Source: a virus
Lineage: Duplodnaviria; Caudoviricetes
Virus record (IMG/VR): IMGVR_UViG_3300026320_000008
Location: 1 to 51,938 of that record
Direction: 5' to 3' (one strand)
DNA: 51,938 nucleotides
The notes below the pieces were generated by a model, which saw nothing but the letters and a program-made list of their open reading frames with translations, had not been told where the DNA came from and ran no database searches. Numbering within the stretch: position 1 is the stretch's first letter; each line of letters opens with the position of its first letter. Shown here piece by piece: positions 36,479 through 45,174 of this stretch. The position numbers were made by a program, and so were the translations under genes.

Positions 36479-36653
36479 CCAAATTTACCTCTTCTAAAAA
36501 TTCTGTTTCTGTGAAGGGTTCACTGACAATACATTCTTCAACATATCCTAATCCGCTTTCGTGAGATAAGTATAAAGTCCTATTAAACTCATCTACGTCT
36601 TCAACGGGAACTTTCAATTTCAAAGTTATATTGACATATGTTCGTTTAGACAT
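36462..36653 (-). CDS. Hypothetical protein
   Basis: ORF track 36462..36707; start uncertain (MADILH at 36671 or MSKRTY at 36653). Confidence 0.5.
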   Translation of the reverse strand: MSKRTYVNITLKLKVPVEDVDEFNRTLYLSHESGLGYVEECIVSEPFTETEFLEEVNLDGYMG

Positions 36654-36670
36654 GTGAAGGATATCAGCCA

Positions 36671-38644
36671 TTAGTGCGTTACCTTCCAGTTCGTACCGAT
36701 GGTCCACGTCTTGGGATCATCGTGGTTCTTTCCGTAGGTGCCCTTCAATGGACACGCTAAGTTCAATTCTACTCCTACATTTTCTAATGCTTTACATTGC
36801 ACCTCCGCTATTTCTCGAGCATACCATATGTCTCGAGTATCCACTTCTGTCTGCCACTCATCATGGACTAGATTAACTAAACGCCATCCTTCGTAACCGT
36901 TGGCATTTAGGTAATCCATCCACTTGAGAGTGGCCATCTTCATTATCACAGCTTCTCCGTTTTGGAGATAGCCAGACATTGCAAGATGTTTTCTCTCGGA
37001 GAGAGAGTCTCCAGGTATTCGAACACGCCTACCGTCCAACCCTGTGAAGTAGCCTGCTTTTGCATCTTTAAGAGCTGTTTCTTCTTTAAGATGTAGCCAC
37101 CCTTGGTATTTAGACAGTAAACGATTAAGTGCCTCTTCGGTCTGTGATACTGAACATTCAAGAATCGAAGCCAGTTTCGCAATCCCCGCTCCGAGAACGA
37201 GCGCATATACAAAGCGTTTCGCAGCATCTCGGGTCTTACAGCTAGAACCAAGTACTCTTTTGTTGAGAGAATGTGTATCGGTTTCATCTTCCTTACGTCC
37301 TTCAACAAGAGACTTGGTGAACTCCGGATCCTTGATGTAGTGAGCAAGTATACGCATTTGTATACCATCTGCGTCCACACCAATCAAGAGTTTCTTTCGA
37401 GGAGCGATGAATAAGCCGCGCATATCTGCGCCTAAATATTTCTCCTTACCATTCAGATCATGGCTATTTGCAATGTTAGCCATGTTGGGTTTCTGATGGG
37501 ACATACGGTGAGTCCAAGTTCCAATGCTGAGAAACTTTCCACGGATCCGATCATCATAATCGTCGACGAGATCAAGCCACTCGGTAAGTGTACGTCGCCT
37601 GGACTCAACCGTAATCCTCCTTGCCAGTGTCTTTGCACTTTTTGGCGCTTGAGGAGGAAGAGTATTTAAATTAGTATCATTTATCTTCCAACCGTAAATA
37701 GATAGATGTGCTAAACGTTGTTCCCAATCGACAAGAGGGTCTCGATCTCTTCTTTTGGAGGCTTGCGCCACGTCAATATGAGTTTTAGTTCTGTCGGTAG
37801 GCTGCCACGCTGCAAGCCGTAGTACATCGATTCGTTGTTTATGTGAGTCCGGATTAAAAACTGTCCAAGCACATCTGCAAAAAGGACCTCCGTTGAACTC
37901 ACTGAGATCTCCATTCTCACACCATCTGAAGTCCTTACGGTGAAGTGTTCCATGTTTGGTGTACTCCGGTGTTATTTCTCGGATGAGTTGGAGTCTCGGC
38001 GGAAACTCTTCTTTAAGTTTATGATCGAGGTCATTAAGCGTATTAAGGACCCGGTCCAGAAGAACACGAGATCGAACACTATCGAAACCAAACCCAGTGT
38101 GACCAAGGCACCGACAAACATTAGCCATTCGTTGCTCAGTGCTAAGAGCGCGCCGCCAGTGTTTATTAGAGCCAGGGAGGAAACCTTTCCCATATACAAT
38201 AAGAATGCGCTCACAGATATCCACATCTCGTTCACAGTACTCCTCCATCTCCTGAGAATATTTACTAAAGTCTGCGAAGTCTATCTTCGGAAGACCGAAT
38301 TCTTCTCCGTAACTTTCAATCGAATGAGACTCTCTGGAGAAATCTATTAGCTGAGATATGATAAGAGTATCAATACATTTCTCCAGAGGAATTTCAAAAC
38401 CGAGGAGGGAAGAGAGAACAGGATTATCGTAACCGATACAATTATGGCCAATCCATAACCGAACACCTGCTGCAAATCGGAGAAAGCGTTCTTTCTCTTG
38501 TTCATCATCTGAGACCTTTCTGAAGATTTGTAAGGAGTCGTAGGATCCCTTTACATCGGACGATGACAACACCTTACAAACAATAAGCCAGATCTTTGTG
38601 GGGTTCTCCAACCCATTAGTTTCAATATCAAAGACAACCTTCAA
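36671..38644 (-). CDS. DNA polymerase, family A (T7-like) with 3'-5' exonuclease
   Basis: ExoI FDIET, ExoII GHN...YD, ExoIII YCERD; motif A GVDADGIQMR, motif B RDAAKRFVYALVLG, motif C VHDE. Confidence 0.95.
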   Translation of the reverse strand: MKVVFDIETNGLENPTKIWLIVCKVLSSSDVKGSYDSLQIFRKVSDDEQEKERFLRFAAGVRLWIGHNCIGYDNPVLSSLLGFEIPLEKCIDTLIISQLIDFSRESHSIESYGEEFGLPKIDFADFSKYSQEMEEYCERDVDICERILIVYGKGFLPGSNKHWRRALSTEQRMANVCRCLGHTGFGFDSVRSRVLLDRVLNTLNDLDHKLKEEFPPRLQLIREITPEYTKHGTLHRKDFRWCENGDLSEFNGGPFCRCAWTVFNPDSHKQRIDVLRLAAWQPTDRTKTHIDVAQASKRRDRDPLVDWEQRLAHLSIYGWKINDTNLNTLPPQAPKSAKTLARRITVESRRRTLTEWLDLVDDYDDRIRGKFLSIGTWTHRMSHQKPNMANIANSHDLNGKEKYLGADMRGLFIAPRKKLLIGVDADGIQMRILAHYIKDPEFTKSLVEGRKEDETDTHSLNKRVLGSSCKTRDAAKRFVYALVLGAGIAKLASILECSVSQTEEALNRLLSKYQGWLHLKEETALKDAKAGYFTGLDGRRVRIPGDSLSERKHLAMSGYLQNGEAVIMKMATLKWMDYLNANGYEGWRLVNLVHDEWQTEVDTRDIWYAREIAEVQCKALENVGVELNLACPLKGTYGKNHDDPKTWTIGTNWKVTH

Positions 38645-39543
38645 GCAGTCACGATCATAGGAAATCCTTGTCCTCTTAAAACATCACTTATATATTTCAG
38701 ACCATCTGTCTGTGTCTTCTCTTCAGTAGTAAAGAAATCATTTCCTTGTACAGAGGGTATAACATACATGTTTTTCTCTGTCAAGCCTTTTCTTTCGAGG
38801 TTTCCCACCATTCCTAAACCATGCCCCAACGCAGAATTTATGGAATGATAACCTTCTTCAGCGAAGATGAACCTTCTGAACATCGCTGGATGTCCTATAC
38901 CAAAAGCAATACGATGTATGTCTACAGGTTGATTACTATTCTTCACCTGTATCCAACTGCATGTATTGATATTGTCACCATAGTGACTTTTTGAAAAGAC
39001 AATAACATCACAAGCATATCCTGCTGCTTCTGCTTGTTCTACTACTGCGGCCACCGCAGCAGCCCTATTGATAAATTCATCAAAACTGTGATTAGCAGAA
39101 GCACATATATCACTGAGGAAGGTAACGATAGGTCTTCGAGAGGCCTTCGTTGTGTCTGGACCGCGCATATTAAGAGGATTACCTGCAACAGCGCGAGCGA
39201 CATTTGGGTAAGATCCCACCACATCGTGCTTCACTTTCTTCAGCTGAATGGGATTGTTTGCTCTGATCTTGTCTACCAATCGAGATGCTTGGGTAACTCC
39301 CTCCGGCCATCCCTCTCGTGCGAGTTTGATGGCTTCCTTCATGGAACTAGTTCCATAGAAATTACTGGACTCTACCCATGCTGAATTACACCATGCTTTA
39401 TTGACATCCCAGGTTTCTATTTCTTTCGCCATCGCTTCTGGGGAAGACCAGTATGAAGTAAATACTCTTTTTGCACTACTAGTTTCATGCTGTGGGAGAA
39501 CGTATTGAAGTTCTCCCGCATTCCCTTGTGTAAGTCTCTCCAA
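38641..39543 (-). CDS. vWA/CobT-like partner of the AAA+ ATPase
   Basis: DVVGSYPNV...GNPLNM, FLSDICASAN, HPAMFRR; adjacent to the MoxR/CobS-like gene. Confidence 0.65.
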   Translation of the reverse strand: MERLTQGNAGELQYVLPQHETSSAKRVFTSYWSSPEAMAKEIETWDVNKAWCNSAWVESSNFYGTSSMKEAIKLAREGWPEGVTQASRLVDKIRANNPIQLKKVKHDVVGSYPNVARAVAGNPLNMRGPDTTKASRRPIVTFLSDICASANHSFDEFINRAAAVAAVVEQAEAAGYACDVIVFSKSHYGDNINTCSWIQVKNSNQPVDIHRIAFGIGHPAMFRRFIFAEEGYHSINSALGHGLGMVGNLERKGLTEKNMYVIPSVQGNDFFTTEEKTQTDGLKYISDVLRGQGFPMIVTA

Positions 39544-39636
39544 TTTTCAACCTCTTAACAATACGTTTGAGTTGTCCATAAGTGGAACCTCTTTTAATTT
39601 GAAGAATACCTTTGTTGTTATGATGACGCCTAGTTT

Positions 39637-39816
39637 TCACTCTCCATCACCTCCTTCAGGGACCATTCCAAAGAACAGAGCTTGAGCGACTCTAATCGCT
39701 GTAGGTCTGTCTTTAATATGAAGAACTTCTTTGGTTAAGGTAAGAATGAATGTGTCCATGGTTACTTGGTTTCGTATGAACTCATCACACACTCTTTTTA
39801 TTTCTTCCTGACTCAT
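39637..39816 (-). CDS. Hypothetical protein
   Basis: GGAGG RBS 7 nt before MSQEEIK. Confidence 0.55.
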   Translation of the reverse strand: MSQEEIKRVCDEFIRNQVTMDTFILTLTKEVLHIKDRPTAIRVAQALFFGMVPEGGDGE

Positions 39817-39912
39817 AGATCTGCCTCCATCTGTGGTCCAAGTAGAATGATCCCACCTTATCGACAAAGTATCCGAGTCCCCAAAGAAAGACACCTAAAT
39901 AAGCGAGAGTAA

Positions 39913-40812
39913 TCATTGCTGTGCTCTCCTCTTGATACGTTCTTTCAAATCAGAATCAATACCTTTCCAAATGATCCTGCTCTCCACAACATCCTGTTTC
40001 CAGCCTGCTGACAGGAGCTTGGCTCCGTGAATGGATGCTCTGGGGGAGATGACGATACGAGCTTTCTCTTTGTCTGCTGCCCATCGTAGCTTCTGTACTC
40101 TACTCACCCACTTCTGGTTACCTGCAAGAATTAGTTCCATCTTCTCATCATAGTCGAAGTTGAAGAAGCAGAAGCGGTCTAACGTGGAGGCATCCAACTG
40201 ATTAGCACCCACATACATGCGATCAGCACCAGTGCCAAAAGTGTTAGCTGCAATAAGAATGCGGAAGCTACTGTGACGGCGGAGAGGATTACCGCTATCA
40301 GGAAACACAGCATAACCGTTAGCAAGACCTGTGTTAATCCACTTAAGAGCACTAGCTTCAGAGGTATCCACTTCATCGATGAAGATGAGTCCTCCCTTTT
40401 CGAAGGCTTCTCTGAAGGGGGTGGTTTGGTATCTTCCGTGTGCATCAACAAACCCCGTGAGTTCGTGAGTTCCAGTGACACCGTTCTGCAGGTAGAATGT
40501 CAGGTTTAGAGCCTTAGCAATCTGCTCACAACATGTGCTCTTACCTGATCCTGCAGGACCGATGAGCGCTGCTGGTATAGTCAAATTAACTGTTTCAAGT
40601 ATTTCTTTAAACAGATAATGTCGTGGTTCATTCGGTAGAGGTTTTGTCTCTTTCTCCGTTACAAGAGTAATCTCCTTATTGCAATTGAAATCTAATATCT
40701 CTGTCTGAACTATATCCTTGACTTGCTTCTCAGTCAAGAAGTTCTTCAGAGCTTCTCTCATTGCTTGTACTGCTGTCTCTGCAATGAGATTATTCGATGC
40801 TTCTGCTTGCAT
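39913..40812 (-). CDS. CobS/MoxR-like AAA+ ATPase
   Basis: Walker A GPAGSGKS, Walker B IFIDEVD, AANTFGTG...YVG..QLDASTLDRF. Confidence 0.88.
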   Translation of the reverse strand: MQAEASNNLIAETAVQAMREALKNFLTEKQVKDIVQTEILDFNCNKEITLVTEKETKPLPNEPRHYLFKEILETVNLTIPAALIGPAGSGKSTCCEQIAKALNLTFYLQNGVTGTHELTGFVDAHGRYQTTPFREAFEKGGLIFIDEVDTSEASALKWINTGLANGYAVFPDSGNPLRRHSSFRILIAANTFGTGADRMYVGANQLDASTLDRFCFFNFDYDEKMELILAGNQKWVSRVQKLRWAADKEKARIVISPRASIHGAKLLSAGWKQDVVESRIIWKGIDSDLKERIKRRAQQ

Positions 40813-40847
40813 ATTATCCTTCTATGATATTAAACCTGAAACTTCTT

Positions 40848-40883
40848 AAAAACCCCCCCTCCCCCCATTCGGGAGGAGGGAGA
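40848..40883 (-). terminator. Terminator/attenuator hairpin in the AAA+ leader
   Basis: - strand CCCCTCCTCCC-GAAT-GGGGGGAGGGG followed by TTTTT. Confidence 0.6.
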
Positions 40884-40964
40884 GTTCTAAGAGCCTTCGG
40901 TGGTATTAAACCTGAACCCGTCGGAGCTAGAACCCCCAAAACTAGTCTTGCGACCAATGAATTA

Positions 40965-40993
40965 CTTAAATCATACTTTTAAGAATTTGTCAA
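40965..40993 (-). promoter_or_regulatory. Putative sigma70-type promoter (weak -10)
   Basis: TTGACA-aattcttAAAAGTATG-a-TTTAAG; same spacer motif as the promoters at 47917 and 49971. Confidence 0.5.
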
Positions 40994-41142
40994 GTACTTT
41001 TTTCTTAAATCTGAAAATAAATTCATTTCTAGTGGTAAAGTTGTAGCGTATCTCACAGGTTCTTTCTGTTTCTCTGGAATGTTTCTGTGTAAAGTTCTCA
41101 TTAACATCCAGTCTTCATATGTGATTGGTCCAATTACATTGC

Positions 41143-41463
41143 TCAAAACTTTCCTGCGTCTTTAACTTCAACGCACTCCCAATCTTTACAGAAGTCTTTA
41201 GGTGCGACCCATCTTATGACTTCATTGGACATATAGTTTTCAACGAATCGAAGTAGTCGAGATCCGGGAGTCTCTCGATCGACAACATGAATTTCAACGA
41301 GATCGGAAGCAGAGATACCTCTCTTTGCGCGTTGTTCAGCATTGAACCGCGCTAAGAAGAATGCTTCCTGACCGAGACGGGACAACCAATCTTCTACTTC
41401 TTTATCTTTGCCGTATCCTTTATTCAAAGAAACAACTTTATTATCAGACTCCGTTATGTTCAT
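41143..41463 (-). CDS. Hypothetical protein
   Basis: GGAAGG RBS before MNITESDNK. Confidence 0.55.
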   Translation of the reverse strand: MNITESDNKVVSLNKGYGKDKEVEDWLSRLGQEAFFLARFNAEQRAKRGISASDLVEIHVVDRETPGSRLLRFVENYMSNEVIRWVAPKDFCKDWECVEVKDAGKF

Positions 41464-41842
41464 TAAGTAAATCCTTCCATATCTTCGTAGGACCGTCATT
41501 GGTGAATCCTTTTCGAAATGGTAGTATCGGAGGACCCCCATTACGGACGCAATCGTTGACCCACGTTAGCCAGCGTGGATCCTGAAAATCAAGCTGCCTG
41601 GGATCGACCTTCTTGGTCGATTGTTGATCGACGCTCTTCTGCACAAGTTTCGTTGTACTCTTTGAGTGATCGAAGTGCTGCTTCTTTTTTAAGGGAGATT
41701 TCTTCGAGAGCGGCGCGCACTCGCGGATCTTGTGAATCCCCGTATTCTTCAAACATTTGGTCTGCGAGACCGCATGCGAAGGCAGCGTATTGATTAAGAG
41801 TGTACTGCAAATCAAGAGCAACAGCGTGCCGAGCTTCTTCAT
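41444..41842 (-). CDS. Putative secreted basic protein
   Basis: Signal-peptide-like MKKLGTLLLLICSTLLINTLPSHA; ATGA overlap with the upstream gene. Confidence 0.5.
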   Translation of the reverse strand: MKKLGTLLLLICSTLLINTLPSHAVSQTKCLKNTGIHKIRECAPLSKKSPLKKKQHFDHSKSTTKLVQKSVDQQSTKKVDPRQLDFQDPRWLTWVNDCVRNGGPPILPFRKGFTNDGPTKIWKDLLNEHNGV

Positions 41843-42024
41843 CGCTTGTTCCCTTTTCTCTTGGCTTCACGTCGCTTATGGAGATTGATCCCTGCTCTAA
41901 AGCAGACAAGGGTAGCCCAGTGGATATCGTCTGCTTCTTCATCAAATTCATTTTTTCTAAGATGCTCTTCAATTTCATGTAGTTGATCCTTTATTTTGAA
42001 TATCTTTTGAATTACTCTAATCAT
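41839..42024 (-). CDS. Hypothetical protein
   Basis: 61 aa; starts right after the UDG stop. Confidence 0.55.
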   Translation of the reverse strand: MIRVIQKIFKIKDQLHEIEEHLRKNEFDEEADDIHWATLVCFRAGINLHKRREAKRKGNKR

Positions 42025-42672
42025 TTAGATTTCCCAGTCAATAGGTTCCTTTCCATGAACATTTACTAATAAGGCGTTGGCGCGAGAGAAAGGACGCGTC
42101 TTAAAGAACCCTCCACTACTAAGTGGCGACGGATGTGAAGTTTCAATGAGCGAATTATGTTCATTATCCACGTGGATTACGAGTTCTCTTGGTATTCTTC
42201 CACTTAGAATGAAAACGACGTCTCCTTTCGCGCTTAGTTTCTCTACGATTTCTGTGCTTAGAGTCCTCCACTCTGGCCAATTGTGAGAGCCAGAAGATGA
42301 AGTGAAGCAAGATGGTATCGCGTTCCATAAGAGTACTCCCTCTGATGTCCACTGCGTCAAGTCCGTTTTCTTCGGCATGGTATAGTGAAGATCATCCATG
42401 TACTCTTTGAAGATATTGGTGAGCGTTGGTGGAGTTTTAAGTACGTGATTGGGAACCGCACACGCGACGCCCGTGCAGTACTTTTTATCCGGATATGGAT
42501 CCTGAAAGATCCAAGCGACCTTGACTTCGTCGAAAGGTGTTTCGTCCAACGCAGCAAACAGAAGTTCTCTTTTGGGATTGTATGATTTTTTAAGAACATC
42601 ATAGCTATTTAACCTGCGTTGAACAGTATCCCAGTCAGGGGACCTCCAAAAGTCAAGATCATCCCAAGTCAT
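42025..42672 (-). CDS. ung: Uracil-DNA glycosylase, family 1-like
   Basis: VKV..FQDPYP, PPTL.NIFKE, EGVLLWN, SHPSPLS, GFF..RPFS.AN; GGAGGT RBS. Confidence 0.88.
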   Translation of the reverse strand: MTWDDLDFWRSPDWDTVQRRLNSYDVLKKSYNPKRELLFAALDETPFDEVKVAWIFQDPYPDKKYCTGVACAVPNHVLKTPPTLTNIFKEYMDDLHYTMPKKTDLTQWTSEGVLLWNAIPSCFTSSSGSHNWPEWRTLSTEIVEKLSAKGDVVFILSGRIPRELVIHVDNEHNSLIETSHPSPLSSGGFFKTRPFSRANALLVNVHGKEPIDWEI

Positions 42673-42822
42673 TACTTTACCTCCAGGCCTTCGGCCTCCG
42701 CTTCTTTTACTACATCTTCACCTGACTCCTGGTTGAAAGAAATGTTATATGGCGCTAGCCATCCTTTCTTAACAAACCACTCGTCTCCTTTCGTGCTCAG
42801 GGAGGTTATCATTAGCCGATCC

Positions 42823-44325
42823 CTATGTCTTGTAATTTTCAAATCCATCATTTCTCTCCCTTAATGTATTTGTCAGAGGATTAAATATGATGGGACCTGC
42901 TGGTCCCGTCTTCCCAGAGTATCTATTCTTAGAAACGGTGGGATAAATCACATTGTCCCCTGACAGGATGTCTCTAATTAAATCAATTCTAATATCTGCT
43001 ACCTTACTTGGGTATCGCGAGCCTCTGGTCTGCCCGTTGTCATTGACGTGGCAGACCATGATGAATGCGAAAAGTAATTCCTTCACCATCATTTCGATTT
43101 TGGTGGAGAAGTAGTCGATCGCACGCCGCTCATCATCCTCGTTACGACCGCTGAAAACCATAGTAAGGTGGTCGAGTAGAATACAGCGGCAAAGACAGCC
43201 CACCACAAGGAATCTGATTGTGTCGAGTAGTGCATCTGGGTCCATGCTCCCGAAGTTAGCATGAAGGAATAGACGCTCATCCGACCCCAGAAGAGTTCCC
43301 AATGCAGCAGGTGCTTGAGTCCCATGACCAGGTAAGTGGCAGGGTTCTCCCAATTCAAGGCTTGCAAGCCCCTGAAGATGTCTTCGAGTCGGTTCCTCCA
43401 AGAAGAATGAACCGACATTCCAATCCGTGGTTTTAAGGATTCTGTGTTCAATGGCGCGGACAAACTCGGTTTTACCGATTCCTTCTTGAGCGGTGACGAG
43501 GATGCTTTCTCCTGGTCGGATACCATACGTCATCTCCGTTAGTTTTGGAAAGGGGTAGTCTACGCCACGTTTGGGTTCCTCTTCCAATAGAACTTTGAAG
43601 TCAGATAACGAGGAGATTATGGTTTCGGGTAAGTACTTCTTACTATTGTACCAAATTCTCCGTAAGTCATCTTCTTCATCGTTGGTGAGAAACTCGTTGG
43701 CGTCCTTCCACTTCGTTAGTTTGACGTGAAAAAGCTTCTGAGGGTCGAAAAGCTTAGCCACTGCATGGAGGGCAGATTGTCCCGCGCTGTCTCCGTCAAA
43801 GCAGAGGTACACACGCTCGAAGCTTTGAAGCCAGGATCGATCGTGGCTAATGTCCCCCAACCCGCTAGCACTAGAACGAATACTGACCACAGGATGGTGG
43901 ACGACTTGATAGAGAGAACAGGCATCTAATTCTCCTTCCGTTATGGTCACACATTTATGTGACCCAGCCGCAAACTTATCACGACCAAATAAACCTGGTG
44001 TGGGTTTACCTTCTACCCAGAATTTCTTTTCTTTGAGTGACCTAACTTTTCTCGAACCGTCAGGATAAGTATAAACAATGTCCAATGGGCTGCCGTCATC
44101 GCCCAAAATACGGGTAAGTACTCCATAATGACGGAAGGTGTCTGCATGAACTCCTCTCCATGGTAAATATTCAAGAGTATACTCTAATGAATGTTTGGAA
44201 CCACCATCAGGTGGAATGAATGTTTTACAACTAAAACAATACCCGTGCCCGTCGCTCCAAGTGGAGTACGCATCAGAACTTGAACACGACGGGCATGGTA
44301 AATGAGCTTCAATTAACTGGGACGT
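42823..44325 (-). CDS. Primase-helicase (T7 gp4-like), extended to an ACG start
   Basis: In-frame Zn finger HLPCPSCSSSDA...DGHGYCFSC upstream of the ORF-track start; Toprim TEGELD and FDGD; helicase AQEGIGKT, LLDHL, RGS. Confidence 0.88.
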   Translation of the reverse strand, partial: TSQLIEAHLPCPSCSSSDAYSTWSDGHGYCFSCKTFIPPDGGSKHSLEYTLEYLPWRGVHADTFRHYGVLTRILGDDGSPLDIVYTYPDGSRKVRSLKEKKFWVEGKPTPGLFGRDKFAAGSHKCVTITEGELDACSLYQVVHHPVVSIRSSASGLGDISHDRSWLQSFERVYLCFDGDSAGQSALHAVAKLFDPQKLFHVKLTKWKDANEFLTNDEEDDLRRIWYNSKKYLPETIISSLSDFKVLLEEEPKRGVDYPFPKLTEMTYGIRPGESILVTAQEGIGKTEFVRAIEHRILKTTDWNVGSFFLEEPTRRHLQGLASLELGEPCHLPGHGTQAPAALGTLLGSDERLFLHANFGSMDPDALLDTIRFLVVGCLCRCILLDHLTMVFSGRNEDDERRAIDYFSTKIEMMVKELLFAFIMVCHVNDNGQTRGSRYPSKVADIRIDLIRDILSGDNVIYPTVSKNRYSGKTGPAGPIIFNPLTNTLRERNDGFENYKT

Positions 44326-45020
44326 GGGATCCTCCTTAAAGAGTGAAAGACAAAATGATTGGGTTGAACACCGTTGACAGCCTCATAAATTTGTAGAGGT
44401 TTGTAATCGTAGCCATTGTCCGGTATCCACCGTTCAGGATTAGCCACGTACATCCAAGTTTCAACACGCTTGGGTACAAGAGGTGTACGAACACGCGTAC
44501 CGAATTTGCTTTTGCTTAAGCGCGTACCTGGTTTTGGTGGTGTTCCGAATGGTGTCCAAATAGATTTGGCGCACCAGATTTTAATGGTTACTGTCGTGCG
44601 GATGAAATCATACCCGTTTTTCATACATTTGTCAAGTTCTTTTAACACTCCTGTGGGAACTAAATGAACTTCTCCCAAGACTGAAACCGGATGAGCAGAC
44701 GTTTGGTTGCTCCAATCTGGTTGAAGAGCTGTTCTCGAATTCGGAAGAAACAATGCTCTTTTTTCCGATAGGTGCCAATAACCGTTGAACAGAGCATCGG
44801 TAAATCCTCGTCCTCGATACTGTGCGTACTCTTTAATAATCCCGTGATTAACGTACATCGGACGATTACGCATGAAGTCGTCGCAGATAAATACAGGATG
44901 TCTCCACTGAGACTCAAGCTCTCCGGCATCTGGAGTGTATTTATTATCTTCCCACGTTCTCTCAACAAGGTTCTTGATTTGCCAGTTTCTGTATAACTGC
45001 AGCGGGTTCACGGTAAACAT
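44313..45020 (-). CDS. Gamma-glutamylcyclotransferase/AIG2-like fold protein (degenerate)
   Basis: VLGEVHLV...LKELD....F.R..V.I...WMYV resembles GGCT/AIG2; YGTL motif not conserved. Confidence 0.5.
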   Translation of the reverse strand: MFTVNPLQLYRNWQIKNLVERTWEDNKYTPDAGELESQWRHPVFICDDFMRNRPMYVNHGIIKEYAQYRGRGFTDALFNGYWHLSEKRALFLPNSRTALQPDWSNQTSAHPVSVLGEVHLVPTGVLKELDKCMKNGYDFIRTTVTIKIWCAKSIWTPFGTPPKPGTRLSKSKFGTRVRTPLVPKRVETWMYVANPERWIPDNGYDYKPLQIYEAVNGVQPNHFVFHSLRRIPRPS

Positions 45021-45174
45021 CGCAAGCTCCGTAGAAGATTGACAAAGTATACATCCCCCGGAGGAGGTCCAGGTCGAGGAATCCTCCGGGGGCGCCGCGC
45101 TGCTCCTGGTGCATCAAGAGCTGCGCTGGAACTTATCGCAAGATTTTATGCCCTGCGATATACCGTTCGCGGAG

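Noticed and set aside
39913-40812. True cobaltochelatase cobS (cobalamin synthesis auxiliary gene)
   Set aside because: No cobN or other cob genes; phage CobS-like proteins are generic MoxR AAA+ ATPases
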